A stretch of DNA of 64,000 nucleotides from Eledone cirrhosa (GCA_964016885.1 OZ024747.1:71300001-71364000); one strand, 5' to 3'. Counted from the first letter of the stretch, positions 38,754 through 52,882 are shown. The notes: a model not told the origin generated them from the letters alone. A program made the numbers and translations.

Positions 38754-38807
38754 CGTTTCTGAATTTGTTTAGCAAGATTCTTTATCTGAAATCGTGTGTT
38801 GAAACCG

Positions 38808-39028
38808 ATATTGTTATACTTTGGGAGGGTCATGTTGCCAATAAGACGAAAGGACTATGACTATATATAAACAACTATCTGGTTGTGGAACCAACCAACC
38901 AACCAGAAATTTATAGGTTTGTAAATTTGTAAATTTATAAATTTATAAATATATAATAAATTGAAGTGAAAGCAACTGATGCGTGTGTTTCTTATTGGCA
39001 ACATGACCCTCCCAAAGTATAACAATAT
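38808..39028. repeat. 39-bp perfect inverted repeat with ~143-bp spacer (MITE-like)
   Basis: ATATTGTTATACTTTGGGAGGGTCATGTTGCCAATAAGA at 38808-38846 and its reverse complement at 38990-39028. Confidence 0.8.
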
Positions 39029-39493
39029 ATATATATATAAAACAGAGAATATCTGTCTGTCTGTCTGTTTGTCTGACTCCCTAAAACTCGAGAGCCACCA
39101 AACCGATGTTTTTCAAACTTTACACATGTAATACTTATGGTCGTGTGGGTGTTTTGAGCAAAAAATATTTCGAATTTTCGATGCCCTAGGGACCGCATTA
39201 GGCGATGTTGCGATCTCTCTCTATAATTCTTAGTCTTTCTTTTTAAATAGATACATAGATATAACGTTGCGCCCTTAAAATATCTGTCCGTATGTCTGGT
39301 GTCTGCATTAGACATTATGACGCTATATGTGTGTGTGTATATATATGTATATATAGTGTGTGTATATACATATATATAGTGTGTAACGTTTTTCGAAATA
39401 TTTACTTCTGCGTTCACAGATTGATTTTTTTAGTTTCAGAAGATCCCGTTAAGGGTGAAAGCAGCGATTATTTGCTGAAACTTTAATCCGTTA

Positions 39494-39541
<48 letters not shown>

Positions 39542-39797
39542 TATATTCGTGTACAGATATTTTTGCATACACATTATCCAAATATAAACAAAAGTATTTA
39601 TTTTGCGATAAAGTATCGATTTTCTTCGCATGGAAAAAAACCCTGGCAATCTACGACGAATTTTATTTATAGGCACAAAATGTAGACACCATTCCGAGGC
39701 CGAGGTATTCCGTACTTCTCTGTACTGTTTCAGAAAGGAAGGATAAACATGCCAATCTATGTTTCGAATCCCGAGCAACGCCGGGCCATTCTTCTAA
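39028..39797 (+). mobile_element. Non-autonomous Helitron-like element with nested PLE pLTR fragment
   Basis: 5' TATATATAAAA..(CTGT)n..CTAAAACTCGAGA..CCGAT. 3' hairpin CCCGAGCAACGCCGGG at 39770-39785, then CTAA|T (CTRR). Confidence 0.65.
39385..39500 (+). repeat. PLE pLTR fragment with hammerhead-like motif
   Basis: Matches ~13000-13117. Contains AGTTT-CAGAAGA-TCCC gttaa GGG-T-GAAA-GCA..TGC. Confidence 0.85.
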
Positions 39798-40399
39798 TAT
39801 ATATATATATATATCGCAACTGTTTCGTCATTGAGCGATTGCTAGATATAATCGGTATGATTGTGTTTTTTTTCATATACATATATATGTGTGTGCGTGT
39901 GTTTTTGTATGTGCGTGTGTGTGAGAGAGAGAGAGAGAGACGGGGGAGTGCGGGCATGTGCGTATGTGTGTGTGTGGCTAACCTTGAAGATACTCGGTGT
40001 TTCTAGTTCTAGATCCTCAGGCAACAGACCTTCCGATCTTTGAAACTCTATTATGTAGATTTTTATCATGTTTTCCTGGGGTTTATTTTTTTGGGGGGGA
40101 GGGGGGGTTGTTGTTGTAATCATTTAAATATCTGACATTGCAGACAGTCTTAATGGGACCTATAAATTGACAACTGACAAGAAGGGTTAAGAAGCAACGA
40201 ACTGAACAACGGAAGAAGAAGAAGAAGAAGAAGAAGAAGAAGAAGAAGAAGAAGAAATGGTGAATAGGTTGCCTCAAGTGTTGATTAATTGCTCATTCTA
40301 TATCAGTCCTGGAAGGGAGGGCTTTTTGCTTATCAACTTGAAGAATAGTGTTTTGAGGCACATACAATAGGCTTCGTCTATGTTTCCTTAGCTTTGCAT

Positions 40400-40572
40400 A
40401 AATAATTGTTTCTAATTTTGGCACAAGGTCAGTACATTACTGGTACTTTATTTTATCGACCCCGTAAGGATGAAAGGCAAAGTTAACCTCGGCGGGATTT
40501 GAACTCAGACCGTAAAGGGACGTAACTCTGCTGGAAAGCATGGCGTCCAACCCTCTACCGATACTGCCAATA
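40400..40572 (-). mobile_element. SINE family 1
   Basis: Conserved core and CCTCTACCGATACTGCCAAT head. Confidence 0.88.
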
Positions 40573-42518
40573 ATATTATTCCACTCTACCCTATAGTGTT
40601 GAGTAGGTTATTCGCCTAATTGCAAATCACAGCAGTGTGGCCCTACAATTCTCTCTCATTTTTTATCCTTCTCTCTCTCGCGCGCGAGCGCTCCCTCTTT
40701 CCCTCTCTCTCTGTCTATCTATCAATCTATCTCTCGCGCTCTCTCTCTCTTTATCTATCTATCTTTTTATCTCTCTCTCTCTTTCAAACAAAAGAAAAAC
40801 ATACATACATATATTTTTTTTTACCTCCTTTGATACTTATTTCCCTTTGATAACACTTCACCTATCTAGTCTCGTTCTGATGTTTTCATTTTTCAAGATG
40901 GCTGACTAAAAATCTTCTCTTGTCGTATGACATATACACTATGGTTAGAGAGACAGATCGAGATTGGTGAGCCAGACGAAGGTGTCATTTGTAGTATTGT
41001 GGATTGTCTCAAGGCCGCCGGGAAAACGTTTGAGGGGACAATCCCAAACAACATGCAGCACGTGTTGAGCTGTCTTTCAAATTCCATCGATGAAGATGAA
41101 TAAGTGAGTTGAGGAAAGTTTAATTAATATTTCTAGCATGGCGAACGACCACGTAGAAGCTCACTCGTTCGCTACAATACGCTATTGGTGTTATAATTGT
41201 TGTATTGCATTTTGTCATTAATAATACTTTGGTGTTAAGTATCCTAGGTTTGCAGGGAGTTCTATATAATATGGCTGTTATTTTTATTATTGTTTAACCA
41301 CAGGTCAGTCATGTTCGAGAAGAGCTAAGATCAAAAACATTCCAACCATAATGACACTATCTTTATTTTATATGTATATATATTATATTACTCAATGTGA
41401 CTTCTTTGTAGGACGGTAGGGTTTGATCTGAGGGATTGACTAATGTGTTCCTATTAGCTTGTTCGTTTTGTATGTTTTAATGTAATATTTTACAATAGTT
41501 TCTTGCTTTAATTGCCTGGGATGTGTCGGCGACAAAATATCATACGTATTTGTTAACTGTAACGGAGTTATGAAGTGTACAACTTTCATGTTTGCACACA
41601 CATCTATAAATTACATTAGTCATCACGTGTTTTAGTCTATCGTAGGCTTATGGTTTGTTATTAACGACAGCTCCAATTTTGGTGTCTTTGTAATATATTA
41701 TTAATTCTACTTTATGATAAGGTATTATGCATAATGTGTTCTGTTTGAATATATTTTTTATAAAGTGTTCGCTATTCTACAGCCTAGGGTGCATTTAGTT
41801 CTTTTTGGTATACTTTAGGTGTAGTTCTTTAGTGATATTGTTTAGACTTGAGTGGACTCTGAATAGTTTGCAGCCGTGATCATTAGATTTTATTTCAGGC
41901 AGTATATGCAGGATTAAGTTATTCAACATATCATTGTTCATCAGTGTGTGATTTGAGGAAGATTTTACTGTAATTCTTAGCATTTAGTATCTCTCATTCG
42001 TTCATATGTACTTCGTTTCTATTGGGTTTAAGTGTTATTCGATACCTTGCTCTACATTTGTATGGTGTAATGATTCATTCTACCAATTTCCTTTCATAGC
42101 GTTTAATGTCTTACTGTGTGTATATCTTATACTGAGCATGTATTTCACGACTGATTTGTTTTATTATCTTGATCTATTATATTAAAGCTATTGTATATTT
42201 CGTGTAAAAAGTCAGTCACGCTGGAAAGAGAATGGTAGATATGTGTGCGCGCGTGTGTGGGAGATGGAGAGAGAGATGGTAGTAGCAGTATCACAAAATA
42301 TTTTCTAATCACACGCTGTAACAAGTATTTATGAAAAGGAGATAAGAGTGGTGTTTGTCTGTGGTGTGTGTGTTTGTTTGGGGGTGCGTGTGTATGTGTA
42401 TGTGTGTGAAAAAGAGAGACAGGATGAGAGAGCGGTAGAGGTGGTGGTGGTGGTGGTAGCTGCAACGACGCAGTTCCTTTTTTGCATTCTAGACGATCAT
42501 ATTATCTGCTTGCATATA

Positions 42519-42753
42519 GAGAGTGTGCCAAAAAAATTGACATCATTTGAGGTGTGAATATCTGAGTAATTATATGACTGTGTTCGAACATACTCTAACA
42601 TACAAAATGCCTTTTCATTTCTAGTGACGTCATTCTTCAACCTAAAAGAATGAACAAAACATTTAACATTAAACTTGATTAGTTTTTACACATTTCGTTA
42701 AACTTTGAAATCACTTGAGCGAGAATTGACTACGAAATGGGGGGAACACCCGG
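42519..42753. mobile_element. Degenerate mariner-like MITE
   Basis: TA|GAGAGTGTGCCAAAAAAAT and ATGGGGGGAACACCCGG|TA resemble the 20063 MITE termini. Confidence 0.35.
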
Positions 42754-43101
42754 TATATAACTTATGAATAGAACATTTAAAAGATTATATTTACATTTAA
42801 CACTTGATAGTTGTTTCTACTTAAGCCGTAGAATTTCAACGGGATCAGTTAGTCATTTTAAAGATTCTTATACATTTTATATTATACCAAATTTTTACTT
42901 AAACATGTCTCAGTATTAAAAGTAAATATTAATTTGATTTCCAGTGTTTCTCACGTCTTCAATATATTAGGTGTAAATAATCTAGTTAAAGTTTGATACA
43001 AGGTTGTTCATATTGACTTTGTAAAATGTCATAAATGTTCAATGGAATATTTACAACATTCTACATATATTTGTGTGGGTGTGTATCTGCGTATGTGTGT
43101 A

Positions 43102-43284
43102 ATAATTTTCTCTACTTTAGGCACAAGGCCAGCAATTACCCAGTGCATTACTGGTACTTTATTTTATCGACCCCGTAAGGATGAAAGGCAAAGTCAACCT
43201 CGGCGGGATTTGAACTCAGATCGTAAAGGGACATAACGATACTGGAAAGCATGGCGTCCGACCCTCTACCGATACTGCCAATCC
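43102..43284 (-). mobile_element. SINE family 1 with ~10-bp TSD
   Basis: GTGTAATAAT at 43097-43106 and 43285-43294. Confidence 0.88.
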
Positions 43285-43532
43285 GTGTAATAATATAGTG
43301 TGTGTTATGCGCGTGTCAGTGTGTACGTTGATCGTTTCCAACAATACATATTTACTGCGTGTAAATGAAGGACAACCATGAACTTACACCATTCAAAAGA
43401 GATAGAGAATACAAGATCGGAGAGAAGTCATATTTTTTTAATGAAACATTTAAAACCTTTCAAATTAGAAATTGATTTGTTGATCATCACACTCACAGAT
43501 ACACAAACAAACACACACACACACATACACAA

Positions 43533-43620
<88 letters not shown>

Positions 43621-43711
43621 TTATCGTAATCGAAGCATTATTTACAAACTGATATACATCATATATATGTATAGTATGTATATATATGTATATACGTATA
43701 TATATGTATAT

Positions 43712-44312
43712 GTCAGGTCACCAGTTGGTGTTACTGGTAACATGTATGCCAGTACAACCTGTCCCATGGTCGGGTCGTTGGCGACTAAACTGGCAACCCC
43801 ACCAAGGTTTCTTGGTGAGGAGGGTGACTTTGGACATCCTGCAGGACTAAAAACAAAACCTGTCAAAGGGCAAAGGAGCTCTTAAGAGTCAATGGCCATC
43901 CAAAATCACCGGGAGAGATGACCCCTTAGCCTTTGTCAAGGCAGAATTCTAGGAGAAGGAAAACTCTGATATAACACCTGCAACTCTGATGGTATCCAAT
44001 GATGTTGACTTGTTCTTCTTTTTGGTAAATATTGTCTTGGTTAAGAGAGTGGGACTGGCTTTGTGCAGTGCTTTTGCTCACTATAAAAGCTTCACGGCAC
44101 AGGCATTGCTTTATATCTGGAGATCTCTCTGCACTTGTCGTCACATGGTACCATGGGCCCCAGCACTATGTGTCAATAATTGTCACAAGTGTAGTGTTTG
44201 TACCAGTCGCTGGCTGGACTAAAAAGTCACACTCGTTCAGCGCATCGGTAGGGGTTCTCCAATATGGATATAAAGTAGTGGCCGTACTCGAAAAAGAGTT
44301 GGCAGCCACCAT
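43712..44312 (+). mobile_element. Full-length (~600 bp) non-autonomous bipartite RTE-derived element, subfamily A
   Basis: RTE 5'UTR-like CTAGGAGAAGGAAAACTCTG, 3' hairpin ACTCGAAAAAGAGT followed by GCAGCCACCAT, and TA-rich microsatellite on both sides. Three relatives occur in the window. Confidence 0.8.
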
Positions 44313-44345
44313 ATATATATGTATATATATGTATATATATATATA

Positions 44346-44479
<134 letters not shown>

Positions 44480-47125
44480 CATACACTATATATATATATA
44501 CGTACACATATATATACACACATATATACACACACACATATATATATATAATAACACAGTACCTTCGAAATGTGTATAATAAAGTATATATTTTGATTAC
44601 GTGAATATTTTTCCTTTGTTAACATTTTGAATAATATATATATATAAAACTGCACTATATATACAGTATATATATATATATAAAGAAATGCTCTAAGCAA
44701 TCCAAGAGGAATACGATAAAGCTATATATGAGGTGCTGTAGTGGATATATACAAATAGGTGCAGTCTCGGTTAACCACTCTGTATACATAGATACAACTT
44801 TATCGTACACTTCGGCTGCTTAGCGCATTTCTTAATATATATCTTAATTAACTACCAACTCGAGCGCTAATGTTATACCAATTGGAACGTCTATTGGGCT
44901 TACTATTTACTACAAGAAGTCTGAGCCGTCAGTGTTACCTTTACATAACATTTGGTTAAAGTGCTTCTATATTGCTTCTCACCACTCATGTAATATAACC
45001 TATATTGTATATGTTTAACAGACAGCTTTCTCTGTAGATGTAATCACTAATTTATTGCAGGTTTTCCTGTGGAATAATTTGAAATTAGAAAAAAAAACTA
45101 TAAACTAACGATTATTTCTCAATTATATAATGTGCTAGCCATAGGTATAGTTGAACTATGTGGACGTAGCATTGTCAAATATTTAAGGAGCTTGCGTCTC
45201 AAACGAGTGTATTTTACCTCGGATTGACCCATGGCTTTTGAGTAAGACTTTGTAGATTGAAACAGCTTGGAAGCCAGTTGGGTGGATTGTACTTTTAATT
45301 CAAATGCCCAGCATTGTCACGCAATTTCATGCGCAGGCTGATCTGTTTCTAGAACAACTAGTTCACTCACCGTCGAAACTGACGGAGTTAGTTTCGATTA
45401 AGTTAGTTTCGATTCCAATTGTGCCATATCACACCTTGTCATCTTTTTTATAGTTGATAACTAGATCAAGGCGTGATAAATGGTGTCTTTTCAAGAGTTA
45501 CAGAACAGCACCAGTATGAGGACGCGAATCAGTAATCTTTCCCTCAGTTACTAAATATTCGAGCGAGAGGCTTCATTACGATTCTTTATGTATAATATAT
45601 ACATTTGTAGTTTGTTGTAGATGTAGGAAGACATGGGTTTAATAGCTCGGTTTTGATTCGTCACTTTATATCAGATCTCTTAGATATTCTTGGAGGCCTG
45701 ATATCAAATTCTCAATCTTGGGTGGTATTCAATTGCAACACGTTGGTGTCTGAGTAGACAGAATGTAAGATAACCAGCTAAGACGTCAGTGGCAGTATAT
45801 TACATCTATGGTCATGCCACTTTACTGAAAATCAGTCTATTTCCTAGTTGTAAGGAAGTAGTAAAGATAGGCACGTCTCTGTATTGTGAGTAGAAAAACA
45901 CGGAATAAATAGTTTAGTTATATCATTGGCATGCAATACCCGATTCAGTTTTTTTATTGATATAGTCTGGAGAGTGCTGAGATCCTCTTAGTTAATTGGT
46001 CTTAGTACACTACATAAAAATAGAATTTTCAGTGTCACCCTAAAACCAATGAATTTTAAGACAAGCAAGAAAGTATTATTGAGATTTCTGTCAGTGAATT
46101 GATAGTATATTTACGTTTGCCAGTTTTTCACCAAACAAGTCTGCCATATTATTAGTTAGCTCGAATTCATCTGTCTTGAATAATTGTTTGCTATTAAATT
46201 AGTTTACCATAAGTTAATCGGCATTAATTGAAAGCCAGTGGAAATGCTTTTAATTCATTTGTCTGAGACAAGTGCTCCATACATAGACGTTTTAGGTTTC
46301 CAATAATAGTAACTTCATGGTATTAAGAAGCTTAATATTTATATTTTTCGGCTGGTAGCATAGAGTAGAGAATTGAATTCTAAAGTGGTATGATTCTTCT
46401 ATAGAAAACTGTTTAGTACAAACTGTCAGGATAGGAGTAGGAAGGACAAGAGTGCCAAGTGAGTTTAGGTGTTAATATTATATAACCAGTGAGTCATGAA
46501 GAGTAGGCAACAATACAGTTCAGTGAGACATAAAAAATACTCAACTAATACTTAAAGTGTGTGAGAGAGAAAGAGAGAGAGAAGGGGGGGGGAGAAAGGT
46601 AAGTGGGCAATATTCTTAACTGCTTTAGCTGCCGTTGTTTATTTTCAGGTAAGATCTAACCAAACAGACCTCCGATCAAAGAATTCCAGCCATGACACTC
46701 CAAAATTATTTTAAGAAAATTCATCTCAGACTACATTATCTAACGTGTCATACTTTTAAATGTGGTTAGGTGTGATTTGAGGAAACTCGGGTTGTTAATT
46801 GTAGAAGATGGAGCGACTACATAGTAGGTCTCCCGTTGATTTGAGCGTACTTTAATGTAAGAGGTATGTGCGCTTCATATAAAGTCAACAGCTGTTCATG
46901 ACTAAAGTACTTCTATCTCAGAAGAACATACCCAGACGTTTTGATACACTCATGGCAATGTGAAAAATAGGAGGTCAGTGGGAGAGGTTATGAGAGATTA
47001 TTCTTAGTTTATTCTGAAAACAAATTTACCATTTAACAAAAGCTAGACATGGCTAAAATGTAAAATCTATGTTATTTATGAATAAATGAATATTATCGTT
47101 TCTCTTCCTCTTCTATACATTAATT

Positions 47126-47408
47126 CATCATCAACATGATCATCATCATCGTCGTCATCGTCATCATCATCACTTCATCATCATCATCATCATCATTATC
47201 ACTTCATCATCATCATCATCATCATCATCACCGTCATCATCACTTCATCATCATCATCATCACCACCATCATCATCACCACTTCATCATCATCATCACCG
47301 TCATCATCACTTCATCATCATCACTTCATCATCATCATCACTTCATCATCATCATCACTTCATCATCACTTCATCATCATCATTATCATCATTATCACTT
47401 CATCACTA
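47126..47408. repeat. Degenerate (CAT)n trinucleotide array with recurring CACTT interruptions
   Basis: Read directly. Confidence 0.9.
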
Positions 47409-47412
47409 TTAT

Positions 47413-47746
47413 TCCGCCGAGGTTAACTTTGCCTTTCATCCTTACGGGGTCGATAAAATAAAGTACCAGTAATACACTGGGGTAATTGCTGGCCTTGTGC
47501 CTAAAGTAGAAACAATTATTATTTGGATTGGCAGTATCGATAGAGCACCGGACAACATGCTTTGCAGCATAGAATTATGGCCCTTTACGTTCCGAGTTCA
47601 AATCCCGCCGAGGTTAACTTTGCCTTTCATCCTTACGGGGGTCGATAAAATAAAGTACCAGTAATGTACTGGAGTCGATTTAATCGACTTTCCCCTTCCC
47701 CAGAAATTGCTGGCCTTGTGCTTAAATGAGAAAACATTATTATTAT
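47413..47746 (+). mobile_element. Two tandem SINE family 1 copies (47413-47520 truncated; 47525-47746 full)
   Basis: A/B boxes and conserved core. Confidence 0.9.
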
Positions 47747-48429
47747 GAATGTGGTTGTTCTTTCTACTATTGTTGGTGTTATTAGGATTTATTTATTTAT
47801 TCATTCATTTATTGTTTAAATTGGAACAAATGGATAGTTTCGAACGAGTTTTACATGTTGCTTCGTTGTTTCCGTTAATCAAGATATCTCTACAATTCAA
47901 ATAACTATAATTAAAACGCTGGCTCCTCTTACTCTACTTACTTTACTGTGATTTCACTAGTCAGTAATGATCTAACGATAAAAGGATATACATAACCTAA
48001 CATATCTCCCTCTTCTTTTTCTAGAAAAACCTGTCACCCTCTCTCATACTAACACATCACACCCCGCTTCAAGCTCTTCTTCCCAAATTTCCTTCCTTCC
48101 TCTTCAGCTTCGTCCGTACTCTGTCTTTTTTCCTTATCTTAGTTTCCATCTCTATAGAGAGATTACATCAATTCCACCTTATGTCCTTACTTTCTATTAA
48201 TCATGCAATCTCCCTAGTAACGATACAATATCTCTTTCTTGCTCCTATCCATTTATTTTCTCTCACAATGTTTCTCTTTCCCTCTGCATTCATATCACTC
48301 TTTCACCTCATTTTTCTCTTCCACTCTCTTCTTCAACCCACCACCCCTCCGCCTCACCTTACAATTTTCTTATTATTGTCTAATTCTCTTCTCCACTTTT
48401 CATTAACTATCCCCCTCACTCTCTCCCTC

Positions 48430-48461
<32 letters not shown>

Positions 48462-48954
48462 AGTCTGTCTCTCTAAATATATATATATATATGTGTGTGT
48501 ATTTATAAATGTATATATGTATATATATATGTATATATATAAATATGTATATATACATATATATCTGTATATGTATATATATATATATATACATATGTGC
48601 GTTGGTGTGTATGTATATAGATAATAGAAATAGTATACGTCTATGTGCTTATCTATCTGCATACGTCTCTCTCTCTTTCTCTCTATCTCTCTCGCTCTCC
48701 CCCTCTGTACAAACAGATACAGCTTTCATTCTCATTTTCTCACTATACATTATCTCATTATGCCTATCTTATCTTATATAGTCCTTCACTTCTTCCTTGT
48801 CCCTCCCTCTATTTGTCTGTCACCCTGTCTCTCAGTCTCTCATACTCTGTATATATGTATGTGTGTGTGTATGTGTTTATGTATGAGGCGAGCATGTGTA
48901 AGAGTGTGTTTGTATATATATATACATACACGCACATATATATATAAATGCATG

Positions 48955-49045
<91 letters not shown>

Positions 49046-49083
49046 CACATTATGCATAGATATATATTATATTTATATACATC

Positions 49084-49114
<31 letters not shown>

Positions 49115-49184
49115 GTACATATATTAAATATATTATATACATATACATATATATATATATATACATAAATATCCATACATAAAC

Positions 49185-49216
<32 letters not shown>

Positions 49217-49274
49217 GAGACCATCACTAATTTATTAATGTCGATGTAATTTTTATATCAATATTATTTGGGCA

Positions 49275-49398
49275 TCCACTGATGAGTTTATAAGTGCCCG
49301 CTTGTGTATAAGACCACGAATTATATACAAGTTTCTACATAACCTCGACATTATTTATCCCAAATTGTAGAAATCTTATAACGAAACGATCGTCTGGA
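49275..49398 (+). ncRNA. Type I hammerhead ribozyme with large structured loop II
   Basis: TCCA-CTGATGA-GTTTATAAG..~80 nt..CTTATAAC-GAAA-CGATCG-TC-TGGA. GUC cleavage triplet and palindromic stem III. Confidence 0.75.
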
Positions 49399-49675
49399 AA
49401 GAAAGAGAGATTTATTTAATTATGTCTAATATAAAATAATACAACCAGCTATCCACGAAATACTATATAGTTAGCACCCCAAACACTTAATTGGGAGAAT
49501 ACTTAGGTATATCCTAATGTTTGTTGAGTGAGATGAAGTTGGTCAGAGTATCGCTTAAGGCTTTCTCTGTTAATGTATTAATTATATATATATATATAAT
49601 TGTATTAATATATATATATATATATATGTACACGCATATATACATACATATACATACAAACATAGATACATATAG

Positions 49676-49726
<51 letters not shown>

Positions 49727-49809
49727 CGTGTGTGTGTGTGTGTGTATGTCTCTCCATCTAAACATGTGTACCCCACACACATACTGATACGTTCTTTCTC
49801 ATTATATTT

Positions 49810-50385
49810 GTGGATTGGCAGTATCGGTAGAGGGTTGGACGCCATGCTTTCTAGCATAGTTACGTCCCTTTACGTCTGAGTTCAAATCCCGCCGAGGTTG
49901 ACTTTGCCTTTCATCCTTACGGGGTCGATAAAATAAAGTACCAGTAATGCACTGGGTAATTGCTGGCCTTGTGCCTAAAGTAGAAACAATTATTTCATAT
50001 TGGCAGTATCGGTAGAGGGTCGGACGCCATTCTATGCAGCAAAGTTACGTCCCTTTACGGACTGAGTTCAAACCCCGCCGAGGTTAACTTTGTCTTTCAT
50101 CCTTACGGGGTCGATAAAATAAAGTACCAGTAATACACTGGAATAATTGCTGGCCTTGTGCCAAAAAGTAGAAAATTATTTCATATAAACTAGGTGGATT
50201 GGCAGTATCGGTAGAGGGTCGGACGCCATGCTTTGATGCATAGAGTTACGGCCCTTGCCATTCTGAGTTAAAATCCCGCTGAGGTTAACTTTGCCTTTCA
50301 TCCTTACGGGGTCGATAAAATAAAGTACCAGTAATACACTGGGTAATCGCTGGCCTTGTGCCAAAGTAGAAACAATTATTTCATA
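49810..50385 (+). mobile_element. Head-to-tail array of three SINE family 1 copies
   Basis: Copies at ~49810-49995, 49999-50181 and 50193-50382, each ending AATTATTTCATAT. Confidence 0.92.
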
Positions 50386-50674
50386 TAAACCAAACTCTGT
50401 TTTGGGTTCTATACCCCCCTTTCTCCACCTTCTCATTCACTTGGTTTTCACGAATACTTCACAACATATTTCAATCTAGATCGCAAGATCTGAAATAAAG
50501 GAGAGATAAATATATACGTTTGTGTATATGTGTGTGAATATATGTGTGCGTACGTGTATGTACACATACCTACACAGAGACATATATATACACATATATA
50601 TATATATATATATTTAATTATGTGTATGTGTGTGTGTATGAGTGTGTGTTCGTGTGTGTCTTGATACATATATC

Positions 50675-50743
<69 letters not shown>

Positions 50744-51425
50744 GAATACATATATATGTATGTATTATATATATATGTATACATATATATAACTATGTAT
50801 ACACATACACACATGCATATATATATATATATATGCACATAAAAACACATGTATGTATATGTTTCTCAGTGTATGTATGTATATACAAACATATTTACAC
50901 ACGCAAGTATTCACACATATATCTACATAATGATTGTGTGTATGTATGCGTGCCTGAGTGTTGAATTCAACGTGACTTTATCAAAAATGTCTCCCATAAT
51001 GTCAGCTGCATGGTCGGAAAAGTCCAGCAAAACGCTATCTCGAGGGAAGCGGACGTCGCAAGAGGCGCCAAAATGTGGGGAGCCTCTGATATGCAAATAG
51101 TCTACTACGAAACTAAAGATGCAAATGTAGATCTTCAATGAAGGGGATTTGATTGAAAATATTGCTTTTAGTTTAGCATACAAATCGAAAGATTCATTTT
51201 CAAAATTAGTCTGACGTCTTAGGGAATGCGTTTCTGTATATGTTATATAAATATATATATACACAAACGCATTACATATACACAAATGCATTCCCTAAGC
51301 CGTCATATATATTGATATAGATATACATACATATATATACATATATATGTTTGTGTGTATGTATGTATATATGAATATATATATATACACACACACACAC
51401 ACTCACATACACACACTCACACACG

Positions 51426-51470
<45 letters not shown>

Positions 51471-51499
51471 TTATTTATATATATATGGTTGCATGTCTA

Positions 51500-51630
51500 A
51501 AGACGCGTGGATTAGTGGTTTGTTTGCTCGGCCCATGATCGTAAAACCATGAGTTCGATCTACGGTAACCCATTGTATTCATAAACAAGTCGCTTTATTT
51601 CACTTTGCTCCAGTCCACTAAGCCACAGAA
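51500..51630 (+). mobile_element. tRNA-derived SINE related to family 2
   Basis: GCGTGGATTAGTGG A-box-like, GAGTTCGATC B-box-like, and CTTTATTTCAC.TTGCTCCAG. Confidence 0.55.
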
Positions 51631-52380
51631 AGACTAAAGCTGTGTGTAATGACTAGCTAACTAACAGTTATATATGAGAATTAGTGTTAAGTATTATGCG
51701 AAGCATCTTGTATAAGTGTATTCAACCGTAGCTTAGGGTCGACCCAAGATTTGTAATTAAAATGAATGAACCAAAAAATGCACAAAAATCTTTCTGGAGT
51801 CAAATTGGATGAGCTATTACTCTATTACTCTATCACATTTTTAAGCCGAGAGGCTGAGGCCATGCTGGACAATTCAAGTGACTGGCCTCGTAACAAACAG
51901 TTAGGAGACCAGCCTTTTGGGGTCGTATATTGAATTGACATTAGTGTATTACCGGAACATATTTTATTAAGTCTGAAAAGATAAAATATACACTAGAGCA
52001 CAAACGTAAAGCATTTTATCGGGTAATCTAGTCTGTCTAACCTTTGACTAGGTGAGAAAAATATACTGGTTACAGTAATATTTGAACGTGGAGGGAGCTG
52101 TAACGCACCGAAATCTTTATAGCAAACCGGTCAACTCTCCCCGTCCATCGGGGAGATCTCCCACCCACGGTGGATGAGAGATGACTTCTCTTGTGAAAAT
52201 TGGTACAGCTTTCATTATGTAAAATCTCTCCAGTTTGCCTCATTTCTTTTGTGGCACTTTTTTTTCATGGCACTCCCCGTTTAGGTTATCAGAGATTGGC
52301 AGGTCTGTTATAGTAAAAACAAAATGGTTTGTTCACAAGTCGTGGAAATGTAAAATATTAATATTTTTTTAATATTGCCT

Positions 52381-52585
52381 AACGGTTAAGAGCGTCGGAC
52401 AACATGCTTTATGGCATAGAGTTACGCCCCTTTACGATCTAAGTTCAAATCCCGCCGAAGTTAGCTTTGCCTTTCATCCTTACGGGATCGGTAAAATAAA
52501 GCACCAGTAATGCACTAGGGTCGATTTAATCGACTTTCCCATCCCCTCAAATTGTTGTCCTTGTGCCTACATCAGAAACTAATAT
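52381..52585 (+). mobile_element. SINE family 1
   Basis: AGTTCAAATCCCGCCGAAGTTAGCTTTGCCTTTCATCC. Confidence 0.85.
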
Positions 52586-52814
52586 TGCCTATTGGTTACA
52601 TGTTTATGCGGCGTGGGGAGTCAAAGAAAAATCATCAAAGAAAAATCACCAAGATTTGAACGCAGATTGTTAATGTCCATTTCTTAAAAAATGCGAGTAG
52701 ATAATTTTTAAAATGTTGACTAATGTCTTGTTACACGCATGCAAATATCTAAGTGTATGCTTCGGACTTTGTATCTACTAATTATGCGTATAGATTTATA
52801 ATTGAAATGCCAAC

Positions 52815-52882
<68 letters not shown>

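Noticed and set aside
47136-47426. His/Ser/Ile-rich ORF
   Set aside because: It is a (CAT)n repeat abutting a SINE.
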